From contig OZ076409.1 of assembly GCA_964187785.1 (NCBI GenBank), positions 60,638,001-60,702,000 of the forward strand: DNA of 64,000 nt. The letters run 5' to 3'. The notes below the pieces were generated by a model. That model saw only the letters and a list, made by a program, of their open reading frames with translations. It was not told where the DNA came from and made no database searches. Shown here piece after piece: positions 1 to 13,530 of the stretch. Position numbers and translations under genes: made by a program. This DNA is from Amphiscolops sp. MND2022. Lineage: Eukaryota. Numbering within the stretch: position 1 is the stretch's first letter; each line of letters opens with the position of its first letter.

Positions 1-1765
1 AAAATCATGGGACTTCTTGAATTTCTTGGCACGATCTTGTAAAATCCTGCAAATTCGTGGATTTCTTGGTAAGAATCTTTGCAAGATTCTTAACAAATTC
101 AGGAATATCCAAGATTCTTATAAAGAGTTTCAAGAGTTTTTACACTGGGACGCCATGATCTAAACGTGGGCTTGCAATATTTCTTCATGAATCACCGAAA
201 AATTCATTCAATTGCGTTTTTTTTCCATATCAAACAAGAGTTAGGGGTTGTTTCAACAAATTTCAATATTCCCCCAAACATTTTGAAATCGGGCAAAATG
301 CAAACTTCAGGACTTCGACTCATGCGTCAATATTTTCAACGTTTTCAAAGATTCAGGATGCGTGTGCAGCAAGATTTCTACGAACTCCTGGGAATTAGTT
401 GACGTTCGAATAGAGAAAAAAATTCGAAATTCGAAAAAAGTTTATTGAAAAACATATTTCAGCACCAAACGTTTGGGCTAGCCATCAATTGGGCTCTTGA
501 GAGCAGTCGTTTCTTAGGGCAAGCAATCAATTGTAAAACAATCATTTAACCTGGTCGTGTGCAAAAAATTTTCCTACGAAGGAGTCAGAATCCTTTTCAA
601 TTTCTCCGGTAAGTTTGCGTATTTCCTCAAGCAATTGAACTCAGACAAACTTTCTAAGCTGCTTATTCGGCGTCCACCCCGCGGTAATGGGGAAATTAAC
701 TTCTCTCTAAGCTAATAAATCAGGGTTGATCTTTGCTTGGGTAACGTACGACCAGATATGAAAGTTGCTCAACGCATTAAAAAGTCAATTTCATTGCGAA
801 CAAAAATCATGTGCGTCTACATCTTTTCCGAGACACACGACTTTTTTCTGAGCTCTGAAAAAAATCTGGCTTCAATCGATTCGACTATTGAAGGACCATT
901 TTTATATGGGAACAAGCCACAATGGGTAAATGGCTTGCTTGAAAATCACTGTTCATGGTCAACACTCCTGACTTGTCTAGCAAGTTTTCGACAAAAAATT
1001 CAGGTCCGCTGCGCCACTTGTACTAAATCTTTCCCCTATAACTTTTAATATTCATGCTTTTTTCATATGAAGAAGTAAACAAATTACGCGTACGCAAACA
1101 GCTTCTCCTGATAATGGGCTGATAATGGATTATGGTCCAGTTTGTTTAACAAAGAGCAGAACTCCTCTTTGAATTTTGTGATATTTTGTTTTGTATTGAT
1201 GTTCAGAAGAATCTTTTCAAAAATGAAGGTCGCAATCATTATAAAAAATCATACTTCAAAAAAAAAACCTGTAATGTTTCTGGGGTAGGGTGACATTTCA
1301 GCTTTAGGATACAATAACCGTTAACTTCAAAGTACAATGGTAAATCATGCAATGTATCATATCAAATAACTAACTATACATTACACGCAATTAATCACTG
1401 AACCAGTTTACAGCGGTTTCCATTTTACTAGAACTAAAGAAACTTTACTCGAACTAGAGAAACTAAAGAAACTTTTTAGCAGTCATTTTAGTTCTGAGAA
1501 GTTTGTAGGATTGACAAAACAGAAACTTTTCGTTAAATTTCAGCTCAAATTTCAAGACTTTCTTAAACTTTGAACACAAAATCAGGCAAAACTTTGGTGG
1601 GTAAATTGAAATTGGCAAAGCTGCTGTTTATTTCAGATATAAGCAATCACTTCGCCAATTTCAAAGTTCCGAGAAATACAGGTCAAAGTAAGTATGCAAA
1701 AATGAGTTTTAAAAATTTCCTACCAATTACAGGAATCCCGGTCCCTCTACTCAGTTCATATTCGT

Positions 1766-2214
1766 CAGTGTTGGTCATTTGTTTTTTTTTAAATCAAATA
1801 AAACAGTTTTTTATGCAATTAAACATGTTTTTTATTATTGTTTTTTTATAAATTTCCAACTTCAAACTGAGAAAAACAGATATTATTGTTTCTTAATCTT
1901 TAATTACATTAAGTGTAAATTAAAGAAAATTATTTGTTGTTCAATTGGCGATAAAAAAGTAGAGTTTAGCTGCATTTTCGTTATTCTGTTGGCATCTCAT
2001 CTTTGAACGAATTGAACATAAACGAAGTTTTGAGCATAAACGATTTATCACTTTAAAAGAAATGGGGTTGAAAACAATCGCAAATAAAAAGCAATATAAT
2101 ATCTTTTTCAAATCTCAAAATGTTTAATAAAATGTTTTAAAACGTTTTTTATTGATGTTTTAAATCTTTTTATTGGCGTGTTTTGAAACATTGTTTTAAA
2201 ACAGGCCAACCCTG
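1766..2214. mobile_element. Non-autonomous hAT-type element (MITE)
   Basis: Imperfect TIRs CAGTGTTGGTC / GGCCAACCCTG; perfect 8-bp TSD ATATTCGT at 1758-1765 and 2215-2222; no coding capacity. Confidence 0.8.
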
Positions 2215-2443
2215 ATATTCGTATGACCTTTCACTTTCGTATATGAATGCAGGCGAAGGTCTTGGTGTACGAATAATCAGCACTCGTTTGCTTCAATTCA
2301 ACGAATTCGGCCTACGAATGAAAAATTAACCTCATCGCACGAGAGTAAAATAAACTAGCCAAACACTTTGAGTAGCCAATCAAAATTGGCTAACAAATTG
2401 GTCGATATTTATATCTTGGAAAAAATCACATTTAAATTGTCAA

Positions 2444-3412
2444 CACTGCGTTCCAAATTATTAGGCAAGTATCAAAATACTAGTAAACACCAATTTCAAG
2501 TTTCGCCGGAGCAATCCATTTATACTAGCGTTTTTTAAGCTTTACTGGGAAAGTATTGCAAGAAACGTATCTAAAACTATTCAGATGAAAAGAAACAGTC
2601 GAAAATCTCTTTTTCAAGTGTTCCGATTTATTAGGCAAATTGCAAAAGTTCAACAGATTATTTCATCTGAACGAGTTGAAGTTTGATCTAATAGATGGAT
2701 AGACATAGCTTCCCTTGTTCTTGAGGTTTGTAACAATCTCCTTATCCATTGATTTTGTAAGGTTTTGAATAGTATGAGATTCAATATTGGAACAAAAAGT
2801 TTTGATCGAGTCCCAGATATCAATTTTATTGTTGTACTGCTTTCCACCATCGTATAATATTGCTTTTAGGATTCCCACAAGTTCTCTATTGGATTGAGAT
2901 CCGGAGAGAAATCTGGAGAGATCGCTGGCCAATTCCTTAGACGCTTTCCCGCCAAATTATGAATGCGTAGAAAAATTCTAGCCATGAGGGACGCTTGGTA
3001 TGGAGCATTGTCGTGCATGAATACAAAGGTGTCCTGAAGGCCAGGTTTTAGAAGATGTATTTCAGGAATCAAATTTTGTTCCAGAAACTCGGTGTACGTG
3101 AAAGCGGTCATTTTCACGCCGTCCGGTACCTTAAAAGGGCCTATGAGTTTGGACCCAAGAATAGCTGCCCAAAGCATGACCCTACCTCCACCTTGCTGTC
3201 GTCGTAGCCTAACTGGGATGTCCAGCTTGTTCAATACCCAACCTCTTGAGAACACATCTGGGCCATCCAAGGTTGCTCGACATTCGTCAGTGAACAAAAC
3301 TTTACTAAGATCTTGTTTCATGTATTTAATTGCAAATTCAACTCTCCTTTCTTCATGGTTCATAGTCAATGGAGGCTTTTTAATCGCTGATTTCACTTCA
3401 GCCAGGACTTGG
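2444..3412 (-). mobile_element. Tc1-family (DD37E/TRT-like) transposon, 3' half: DDE catalytic domain plus TIR, decayed
   Basis: ORF 2866..3471 has VLFTDECRATLDGPD, FMHDNA and SPDLNPIENLW. Terminus CACTGCGTTCCAAATTATTAGGCAAGT at 2444, with an inner repeat GTGTTCCGATTTATTAGGCAAAT near 2618. Confidence 0.9.
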
Positions 3413-5045
3413 TGTGTTGACTTTCGCGTTGGGGCAACTCGTACATTTCTACTCGTTGGAAATATGATCATGGATCAGTTAGGTCGGTCTCAGCCGTTTC
3501 AACGTTCACTACCGATGGAGTTTTGTTGCTTAGGGAATCTATCTTAGAAGACAAATTCTCAATCATCTTGAGTATCTCTCTTTGACCGGTTTCAGTATCT
3601 TTTATCATTCGACAAACTGATTTTTCAATCTTATCAGACATCTCTGCAATGTCCATATCGGAAATATCGGGGCATTTTTTGTTCTCTGGCTAGAGGCCAC
3701 TGGTTCACCTAATGAACTAGTCAAGGAGTCTCTCCTGGCTTTCTTTTTAGAAGATCTCTCAGGCATCTTGTCAGAAGACTGCGATAAACAGGGAGTTTTA
3801 GTCTCAATATTCCTACTAAGTAGAGGAGAAAATTGGAGAATTCAAATTTTATTGAAGATCCAGGCAAGAAATTACGAGTTTTTTTGAAGTAATAATTTAT
3901 CAACAAGTGAAATTGATTTAAAGTTCTCAACTATATATGCTTTTCGCCCTCAAAAACGGGGAAAAATAGGCGCTTCTTTCACGCTTTGTTCAGCCCGGCG
4001 TCCTTCCAAGGCAGGGAAACCGGAAGTTCCGTTCAGCTTTGTCGAACTCAGACCTGCAGTTTGTTCATGCCTTCCGTGGAAGGCACGCGTCCACTTCCTG
4101 TCTGAGTTGCGAATCCGCTTCCCTTCGCCTCCAATTGCCGCCTTTTCGTGACGCCGAGGCTGAACTTGGCGATGAAAATTTGAGTGAGTCATCAAATGTA
4201 GTTGATGGAATATCACAAAATTTGGCAATGATACTCAATGTTTACAAAACAATACAATTTAGCAACTTCAAAATAAACTGCTCAACTTAGTGTTAATATC
4301 GGCAATTTAGTAAACAGGTTCATCATCTCGCCAATAGGTCGTTAATGCGATGATAAAATGAAACATTAGGGAAATCTACGTCCCAGGCTATGGATGAATT
4401 TGTTTGAAAAATTCTGTAGATTTATTACAACAATAATTCTATCGTAATTGCGATTAAGGTTTACATGCGTTGAAATTGCACAGGGAACACTGTTTGGGTT
4501 GGCATGGTTCGATTAAGTAGTGATTGGTTCGAAATATTTTACATGTGGTATTATTAATCATCAGTTTCTATAGACGCAACAAAACTTAGCCCCAGTCCAT
4601 GGTCTGGGCTGTCTTAACATTTAACTCGATATACATGAAAAACAATGGTTTAAATCACATCTAACAAACAGTTATCCTTCATGGTTATAGTTACCGAACT
4701 TGAGAATCACTCGGGAAAACAGAAATCATCGTTAGCATCAGCATTTCCCATTAATTTAGTGAACTTTTGTGTATTTTAATCTCAGGCCGCAGCCCAGGCC
4801 ACGGTCTGTAACTTTCATACCAACAGCACTGTTATTTAATCATTAGCACAATTACATGTAAAGCATCATTTATATTGTACATAAAACACTTCAGTGAGCT
4901 TGTATGCACTCAATAGTAACGCGCTTACCGCTGATTAGTAGTGTACAGCGTATTTCAATCTCAAGCCGCACGCCATATATATATATTCTTGTATGTAATT
5001 ATGTAAAAATTAATGTATTTTTTAGCTGCGATATTTTTAAATTAT

Positions 5046-8000
5046 TGCACGGCGGCGAAGCTGCGCTTCGCAAACACTTGCGAAAAACTGATAAGGTAAA
5101 TTTGAAAATGCGAATCGAAAGTCAGCCAACAACACATTGTGAATACAAGTGTTATATTCAAAAATGATTTCGGTATGAAGGAATAGTCGTCAGCAATTTT
5201 CGTAAAAATTCAATATATTACATTAGCCTTGAAACCTTTTCATTTCGATGGGAACATAACCTCAATGTAAAACAAGTCATACAAAGAACCTCAAAACTTG
5301 TTTTTAAAGAGTTTTTGCATGTAACAAAAAACCTCGAATTGAAAATAACTAAATGATAAAATATACAAGTGGTTTATGATAACTAAAAACATATTGAATC
5401 CTGACGTCAACACAATTTAATTATCTGATTTCTCCAGAATTTTCGATCTTTTCTTTCTTTTCAAATTTCGCGAGAACTACCATAATACCACGTCCTTCTT
5501 TTGAAAATTTCATCCCAGAGCAGGTGCCGACATACCGTTCTCGGCTTGTTATTATGGATGAAACTTTTTAGTGGGCGTTTATGATGGAAAAAGGTTAAAG
5601 GGATTTTTTACGACAGACGTACACTGAAAGGTCCACGTTCGTCACAGAATCTAGCGTGATTTAGGCGAATTACCAAAGTACAGAGGGAGGTAAAAGGGAT
5701 TGAGGAGAGCCAGAAGACGCTCAAATAGTTCATGACCCAAATTTTCAGCCAAAAAGTTAGCTAAAATTTTTTGAGGGAAATTTTTTGTAACGATGTGAGA
5801 CTTGTCTGATGATGCTTGCTACAGGAATATTTCCACTTTCATCATTTTCAAGCTCTTTGTCGGAAGAACATCTTGATGCCCGAATGATAAATTTAACGTA
5901 GATATACCGAACATTGATGAAAAGCGTCCAAATCTGTGATTAATTTTACGGCATTGTGTGAGGTTAATGAAGTCATATCTCAAACTTAATAAACCAGTTT
6001 CATTCCAGTATGAACCACTTGATCAATCATTTGGAAAGACACCCAACTGTTTTTGCTTGGTTTGAAAAACATATGCAAACGAAAATCGAAACCAATTTTA
6101 CTCCGAAAATATTCAAAAAAAGAGACAAAAATAGATTTATAACAAATTATTAAGGTTGCTTAGAAGTATGAGCCGCTGCATTACTGACAAGTTGTTCCGT
6201 TTTCGATGAGACAGGTTCCACGGGAGGAGTTCCCATGTCTGGTTTGTAGTAGCAGTGAACACGCTGGGAGCTACAGGCCATGGATTCCAGACATGCACCC
6301 AGCACTTTCACTTTAGTGGTCCAGGTGTAACAAGTCATAGTTATGACATGGTCTCAACCTCAAAGTGACCAATTCAATTATTGAATAAACACACAATAGG
6401 CATTTCTGAAAAAATCCAAAAACATAATATATATTGGTCGCCAGTCAAACCACATTACATTGTACAATGCAAAAAAGTCTGTTTTTCTCAGACAAGCCAG
6501 AAAAACCTCGAGGCATATGCAACCAAAGTGAAAATTGAATATTGTGTAACCAAAGTGAAAATTTGACATTGATGTCATTATGAAATAACAATCGTCGGCA
6601 TTTTCGTAACACTAAAAATTCGATAGGGTAAACCAGCAATGAAACTTTTTTCATTTCAATGGGAATCTTACTTCGGTGTAAAAAAAATCATGCAAAGAAT
6701 CTCAGAGTTGTTTTTAGGAGTTTATGACTGAAACAAAAAACTCGAAATGAAAAAAAAATGAATGATAAAAAATACAAATGGTTTATGATAACTAAAAACA
6801 TTCTCAGCAACAAGAAAGGAAACAGAAAAGGATGGAGTACAAAAAGCTAAATCAATTAAAGTGTTGTTTTCAGTAGAAGGTTCGAAGTTTAGTTACAGCA
6901 AATTGAACTTCTTCATGTGGTCAATAAAACTATGCGAAGCAGAAATGTCTATATTGAAGTCACCAAACTAGCACACCTTCACCGCTCTTGTCTTCAATTT
7001 ATCATATAGGCGGTCTAGAGCAGTTTTGTAATCGTTCATTGAGGTGACACTAGGTCGTCGATGGACACATATGAGGACTAGGTGATATTCCTGCAAATAC
7101 TGGTAAACAAATTGAACATTCTTGAATAAAAAGATGTTGATAGATGTGCTTCCACTCTTGGTGTACACGATGCAACCGGCAGGCTGCCGCGATCCACGTT
7201 GAAAATCGAAACGATTAAGCGTAAACTCGGGTAGGAGGAAAGCATCGTCGCGATCGATCAAAGTGAGCTAAGTTTCACAGAAAAAGACGCTACAGGAAGA
7301 AGAGACGAACGGTTGTTTAATTGCAACATCGAAATGCTTCTTCAAACTCTGGACATTCTGGAAGAAGAAGTGGAAGGAATGCAGAGCCACTTGCGTCAAA
7401 AGAGGAAAAGATTTATCCTTCTGCATGATTTCCAGAGCGTTTTTGACTTTAACACTCAGAAAAACTAAGAAATGCATGAACAAATAAACACTTCGAAGCT
7501 TTAATAAAATTGTCAAACAAGGAAACACACAATAACTAACATCTTCATTAACTGATATTCTTTTTGCATCAAATTCTTCAATGATATACAATTTTGCAAG
7601 GATTTTCACACGACTCAGAGCAGTGTAGACTAGATGTTTACACACGGGGCGGGCTCTAAAGTCACATTCCAAAGAATCGTACGTGTCGCCTTGACCTTTG
7701 TTGGTTGTTATGGCACAAGCGAGCGATATCGGGAACTGTGTTCTATCAAAGTACGTTAAAGTTGACCCGCGTTTGACATAAAAATTATGGGACACTTTCA
7801 TGATGGGTGTCCAGTCCGTTTGCACTTCAGAAGTATAAAGATGGCGATACTTCTTTCGACGCTTTTCACCAACTTTTGGGTTATCGAATTTGATCCACAC
7901 CACAACAGGTTTATTGTTTTGAATGTCTATTTTTTAGCAACGCCAAGATTTCCGTTACATAAAAAGTCACTGACATCTAAATTACATGTAATGGTGGTGT

Positions 8001-8610
8001 AAACTTGCAAAGAACCTCAAAACTTGTTTTTAAAGAGTTTTTGCATGTAACAAAAAAAACCGAAAGGAAAACAACTAAATGATGAAAAATACAAGTGGTG
8101 TATGATAACTAAAAGCATATTGAATCCTGAAGTCAAACACAAGCCGAGCACTTTATAAAAAAGGAGCACTTGTGCTCTGCATGATTTTGGGAAGAGGTAT
8201 CAGAAAGCAAAAACTCGGACATTCGAAAAGCTGAAAAAAATAAGCATAAAAAACATGCTGCAATCGAAGCATTGAAAACGAACGAAATAAAATTTAGGAC
8301 AATTAGTTAAAATCATTTAAAACATTCAACTAAACATTCCACGGTGTTAAAAACATGCTGCGACTTGCATTCAATTAGGGAAAGTTAAAAAGAAACTAAA
8401 ATGAAACATTTAATTCTGACGCATTGCACTAAATAAATACATTTAATTTAATAATAAACACATGCATGCACACAGTAAACAAACAAGCAAAGCGTGGAAG
8501 TAAACAAAACTAAAGTTATAAGCGAATTTGCTTATACCAATATGTGAGTTGTTGACATTCGGAAAAAAAGAACGCGTGGATTCCAATACACTTGCTTACG
8601 CAAGTGTAAA
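5046..8610 (-). mobile_element. Internally deleted Helentron (endonuclease-type Helitron) with both termini
   Basis: 5' palindromic subTIR ACACTTGC-TTAC-GCAAGTGT at 8588-8607. Inverted subTIR ACACTTGCG (5074-5082) next to stem-loop GCGAAGC-TGC-GCTTCGC (5055-5071). These enclose a helicase plus AP-endonuclease remnant. Confidence 0.65.
6830..7930 (-). pseudogene. Helentron Rep/Hel C-terminus: PIF1-type helicase followed by apurinic endonuclease, with stops
   Basis: PIF1 motifs RTQFPISLACAITTNKGQGDTY and LVYTALSRV. APE motifs FQNVQSL, FFCET, VHRRPS, GDFNID and TLIDLAF follow in order. Confidence 0.85.
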
Positions 8611-8736
8611 TATTAAACACAGAGGCGAAGCGGTGCTTCGCAACACTTGTCGAAGACATCGATTATTTTAATATGCGTATATATATTATTTTATTCGCAT
8701 GCGTATATATTCAACAGTTCAACTTTGTTCAATAAC

Positions 8737-8806
8737 GTCCCTATGGCACAATGGTCAATACTTAAGCCGTGCAATCGGGAGGCTGCAGGTTCGAATCTCT
8801 CTGGGG
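8737..8806 (+). other. tRNA-derived (SINE-head-like) sequence, not a clean tRNA
   Basis: A-box TGGCACAATGG and B-box GGTTCGAATC at tRNA spacing; acceptor-like GTCCCTA/CTGGGG; imperfect cloverleaf. Second copy at 12690-12759. Confidence 0.6.
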
Positions 8807-9012
8807 TTTTGGCTTTTTTCTAAAAGGCGCTCATTATGAAGTTGACTATAGTGGAAAAACTTTCTTAGCTGGACTGCAAAGCACATTGACTTCGTCATGT
8901 GCAATTAGCACATACCAGTTATATATCGATTGTTTCACTTACTCCCATCTTTCTTCTCCATAGACTGCGCTTATTTGGTGGCAGTTCTCACAGCACAGCT
9001 GGGGCTGTGACA

Positions 9013-9574
9013 CTTGGATTATCCTCCATTGGCTAGTTTCAGATTCAACTTGAATATTGCTTTCATTGAAACACTTTCGAGACGAAAGTGGGTTTCGAGC
9101 AATTGCCATCTTCAAAACTGTCATTTCCTTTTTCTTGGTTTTTCTAAAGTGGCCTTTGATACTTCTACTTCTGACTTTGGATGCTTTTTGAACAAAATTT
9201 TTGATTGTTCGGTGGTCTCGAGATAACATTCTTGCTATTTCAATTGTAGTTTTTTGATTAGACAATAATTTGACTATCTGATCTTTTGCAATTGTTGTTA
9301 AATCACGTTTCCTCCCCATAATGTTGCCTGTACACATATCAAATGCGAAATATTATTAACAAATTAATCCCATAAAATTGATGAGAGTGCAAGTTTTTAC
9401 TTACTCTTGTTGAAAATCCTGTTTCTTGCTTAATAATTTGGAACAGATTTGTGTTTGTCTAATGCAGTTTATGTTTGAATACAGTTTGAATGAAACCGGA
9501 AACTGCATGTGGAAAGATTATGAATGAAACTTTTGTGCAAATCATTCACTTGCTTATTAATTTGGAACGCACAG
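9013..9574 (-). mobile_element. Tc1-family transposon, 5' half: paired-like HTH domain plus TIR, copy 1
   Basis: MGRKRDLTTIAKDQIVKLL...IARMLSRDHRTIK. Terminus on the minus strand TA|CTGTGCGTTCCAAATTAATAAGCAAGT, with an inner repeat near 9425-9445. The protein joins the 3' half at IIQ|VLAEVK across the CCAAG TSD. Confidence 0.88.
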
Positions 9575-11452
9575 TATAATAATTCATCCTAAGCAGAAGT
9601 ATTAGAAAGTTGATTCGAAAAAAAAATCACAAAAAAATGTCGCCTATATTCTCGAAAACAATTCAGTGAGAATTTCCACAGTGGAAAGCAATAGGCAACA
9701 TTATGCACACCACCTTCTCATACAAAACGATGGTATCACGTCGGCAAACAAGTGGTTGAACAATGATTGGCTAGTAGTCTTATGGTCCGCTTTATGTTCT
9801 TTATTAAATGGGAGTGAATTTCACTCTTTATTTAGGAGTGAATATTCTGCCCAAAGTTCTACGAAAGTAAGCGTAAGAGATTCGCATCTGAAACAGCCCC
9901 AGCACAAGCTGAATGCTCTTACAGCTGAACCTTACCAAACAAAACTAGAACTTGCTATAAGTATCTTTTGCTGCTGTGCCTATGGGTGACCAAATGTTGA
10001 GCGAGTTTGAAAAAAATTTCTAGCTTACATGGAAATTTTGATTTTTAAAATTTGATTCATATCGGTGCTGCTTAAGTTTAGCTTGGTAAAGTGTCACAAG
10101 GTTTGTTCGGTTACATCTATTGCCTTTCTCTCAAAAATAAGTGAAAAAAGGGTGTTATTGGAACACGAAACAGATTGACGTGCAGACATCTTGTGAAAGT
10201 ATTAAAATAAAACAGGCTCATAAAAACTGTAGCTTTTCTCGTACATTGTTAAGAAGCGTCCGCAGGAAAATTTTGTACACCTTGCACCCACAATGACTTG
10301 AAGAAACTGTAGCGAAATATTTCAAGACAGAATGCTACACATCTGGAAATTATTTCATTCACATATGGTTCCAACCAGCAATCTAAAAGTTTTCATCTGA
10401 GACAATCTGGTCTTTCAAATCGTACTTCAACTCAATTTGAAAACTTTAATCTCAAGGATTCATTTTGAGGTTGAAATCAAACGCTTACTTTCTGATTTGC
10501 AAAACTGACAATGAATGCTATTCTTGTAGTTCAATTTGAGAGAATAGAAAATTCGCTTTTAATTAAATTCGTTCGTGTTCCATACTTCAAACTGGAAAGA
10601 CATACTTTGTCAAGTTTCTTCGCATTCGATGTCAAAAACCAGGATATCTTTTCCCATCGTTTATCTGAAAATGTCAATGTAAAATCCAAATTGAGAAAAA
10701 AAATCATTCGAGCCTTTCAAATCAAGCACTAAGTACATTAGAATGCTTTAGGCCAAGTAACAGGTGTTGGCGCCAGTCAATTGCAAGACAAGAAACCGAT
10801 AATTCGAACGTGACTGATGGAACTTATAACTCAGAATTCAAGAATTCAGTTGAAAGTTACCACTTTTTGCAAAAATGGTCCTATTTAAAAAAGACCACCC
10901 ATTCAATCAACTCGAAACTTGGCACACATATACTGTTGGTGCTAACCAAACTTTTCTTTCGAAGCACCCAACCCCGTATGTCCCCTAGTTCCGAGCAATT
11001 AACACCGAAAGTGACCTATGTCGGACCCCATGAAAACCCAATTTCGCTATACAAGTTAATATGTGATTTTCTCATATGACCTCGGAAGAAATTTCACTGT
11101 TGAAATTATCAATATTTACATTGTGTAAACGTACTTTCTAGGACACCTAACAGTCATGCCAAAGCCACATAGTTTATTTAACCAATACCTTCGTATTATG
11201 CTTTAAATGTCCTTTATTTCTGCTTCATATTTCGACTTATTTTTTAATGGAGAATTGTAAACAGATTTATACCACTATTAGATAGAGATTTTAACGATTG
11301 AATAGCTATAGTCAAGTTGTGTCTCAGGGCCACGAGACTAATTAACTTTCCACATCTTTACAAATTTTCGCTAGAGTCAGAGCGAACAAGTAGCTACTCT
11401 CATAGTTGGAGAGCCGGAGTGCGTGGGGATACAGAGCGGAAATTTGTGAGGA

Positions 11453-11930
11453 CACTTCGAAGCTTTAATAAAATTGTCAAACAAGGAAACACACAATAAC
11501 TAACATCTTCATTAACTGATATTCTTTTTGCATCAAATTCTTCAATGATATACAATTTTGCAAGGATTTTCACACGACTCAGAGCAGTGTAGACTAGATG
11601 CTTACACACGGGGCGGGCTCTAAAGTCACATTCCAAAGAATCGTACGTGTCGCCTTGACCTTTGTTGGTTGTTATGGCACAAGCGAGCGATATCGGGAAC
11701 TGTGTTCTATCAAAGTACGTTAATGTTGACCCGCGTTTGACATAAAAATTATGGGACACTTTCATGATGGGTGTCCAGTCCGTTTGCACTTCAGAAGTAT
11801 AAAGATGGCGATACTTCTTTCGACGCTTTTCACCAACTTTTGGGTTATCGAATTTGATCCACACCACAACAGGTTTATTGTTTTGAATGTCTATTTTTTT
11901 AACAACGCCAAGATAAAAAGTCACTGACAT
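11453..11930 (-). pseudogene. Helentron helicase fragment (duplicated copy)
   Basis: Same PIF1 motifs as 7268..7903; truncated at the duplication junction. Confidence 0.85.
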
Positions 11931-12965
11931 CTAAATTACATGTAATGGTGGTGTAAACTTGCAAAGAACCTCAAAACTTGTTTTTAAAGAGTTTTTGCAT
12001 GTAACAAAAAAACCAAATGGAAAACAACTAAATGATAAAAAATACAAGTGGTGTATGATAACTAAAAGCATATTGAATCCTGACGTCAAACACAAGCCGA
12101 GCACTTTATAAAAAAGGAGCACTCGTGCTCTGCATGATTTTGGGAAGAGGTATCAGAAATCAAAAACTCGGACATTCGAAAAGCTGAAAAAAATAAGCAT
12201 AAAAAACATGCTGCAATCGAAGCATTGAAAACGAACGAAATAAAATTTAGGACAATTAGTTAAAATCATTTAAAACATTCAACTGAACATTCCACGGTGT
12301 TAAAAACATGCTGCGACTTGCATTCAATTAAGGAAAGTTAAAAAGAAACTAAAATGAAACATTTAATTCTGACGCATTGCACTAAATAAATACATTTAAT
12401 TTAATAATAAACACATGCATGCACACAGTAAACAAACAAGCAAAGCGTGGAAGTAAACAAAACTAAAGTTATAAGCGAATTTGCTTATACCAATATGTGA
12501 GTTGTTGACATTCGGAAAAAAAGCACGCGTCGATTCCAATACACTTGCTTACGCAAGTGTAAATATTAAACACAGAGGCGAAGCGGTGCTTCGCAACACT
12601 TGTCGAAGACATCGATTATTTTAATATGCGTATATATATTATTTTATTCGCATGCGTATATATTCAACAGTTCAACTTTGTTCAATAACGTCCCTATGGC
12701 ACAATGGTCAATACTTAAGCCGTGCAATCGGGAGGCTGCAGGTTCGAATCTCTCTGGGGTTTTGGCTTTTTTCTGAAAGGCGCTCATTATGAAGTTGACT
12801 ATAGTGGAAAAACTTTCTTAGCTGGACTGCAAAGCACATTGACTTCGTCATGTGCAATTAGCACATACCAGTTATATATCGATTGTTTCACTTACTCCCA
12901 TCTTTCTTCTCCATAGACTGCACTTATTTGGTGGCAGTTCTCACAGCACAGCTGGGGCTGTGACA

Positions 12966-13530
12966 CTTGGATTATCCTCCAGCGGCTAGTTTTAGATTCA
13001 ACTTGAATATTGCTTTCATTGAAACACTTTCGAGACGTCGTGAGTGGGTTTCGAGCAATTGCCATCTTCAAAACTGTCATTTCCTTTTTCTTGGTTTTTC
13101 TAAAGTGGCCTTTGATACTTCTACTTCTGACTTTGGATGCTTTTTGAACAAAATTTTTGATTGTTCGGTGGTCTCGAGATAACATTCTTGCTATTTCAAT
13201 TGTAGTTTTTTGATTAGACAATAATTTGACTATCTGATCTTTTGCAATTGTTGTTAAATCACGTTTCCTCCCCATAATGTTGCCTGTACACATATCAAAT
13301 GCGAAATATTATTAACAAATTAATCCCATAAAATTGATGAAAGTGCAAGTTTTTACTTACTCTTGTTGAAAATCCTGTTTCTTGCTTAATAATTTGGAAC
13401 AGATTTGTGTTTGTCTAATGCAGTTTATGTTTGAATACAGTTTGAATGAAACCGGAAACTGCATGTGGAAAGATTATGAATGAAACTTTTGTGCAAATCA
13501 TTCACTTGCTTATTAATTTGGAACGCACAG
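12966..13530 (-). mobile_element. Tc1-family 5' half, copy 2 (in tandem duplication)
   Basis: ORF 12892..13293 is near-identical to 8939..9337; same TIR followed by TA. Confidence 0.88.

Larger units (their letters stand above)
3413..9012 (-). mobile_element. Gypsy-type solo LTR with younger insertions inside, interrupting the Tc1 transposase
   Basis: Minus strand starts TGTCACAGCCC (same start as the LTRs ending at 36822/50569) and ends ...CAACACA. 5-bp TSD CTTGG at 3408-3412 and 9013-9017. Contains a decayed gag-N-like ORF MPERSSKKKARRDS (ATG at 3766) and the coiled-coil ORF 3468..3656. Confidence 0.75.

Noticed and set aside
166..1100. Short ORFs at the window start
   Set aside because: No recognisable motifs or consistent splice structure.
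6200..6340. HDV-like ribozyme or LINE 5' end in a GC-richer patch
   Set aside because: Could not build the nested double pseudoknot by eye.
8737..8806. Functional tRNA gene
   Set aside because: Stems pair poorly and it sits in repeat context; treated as tRNA-derived.
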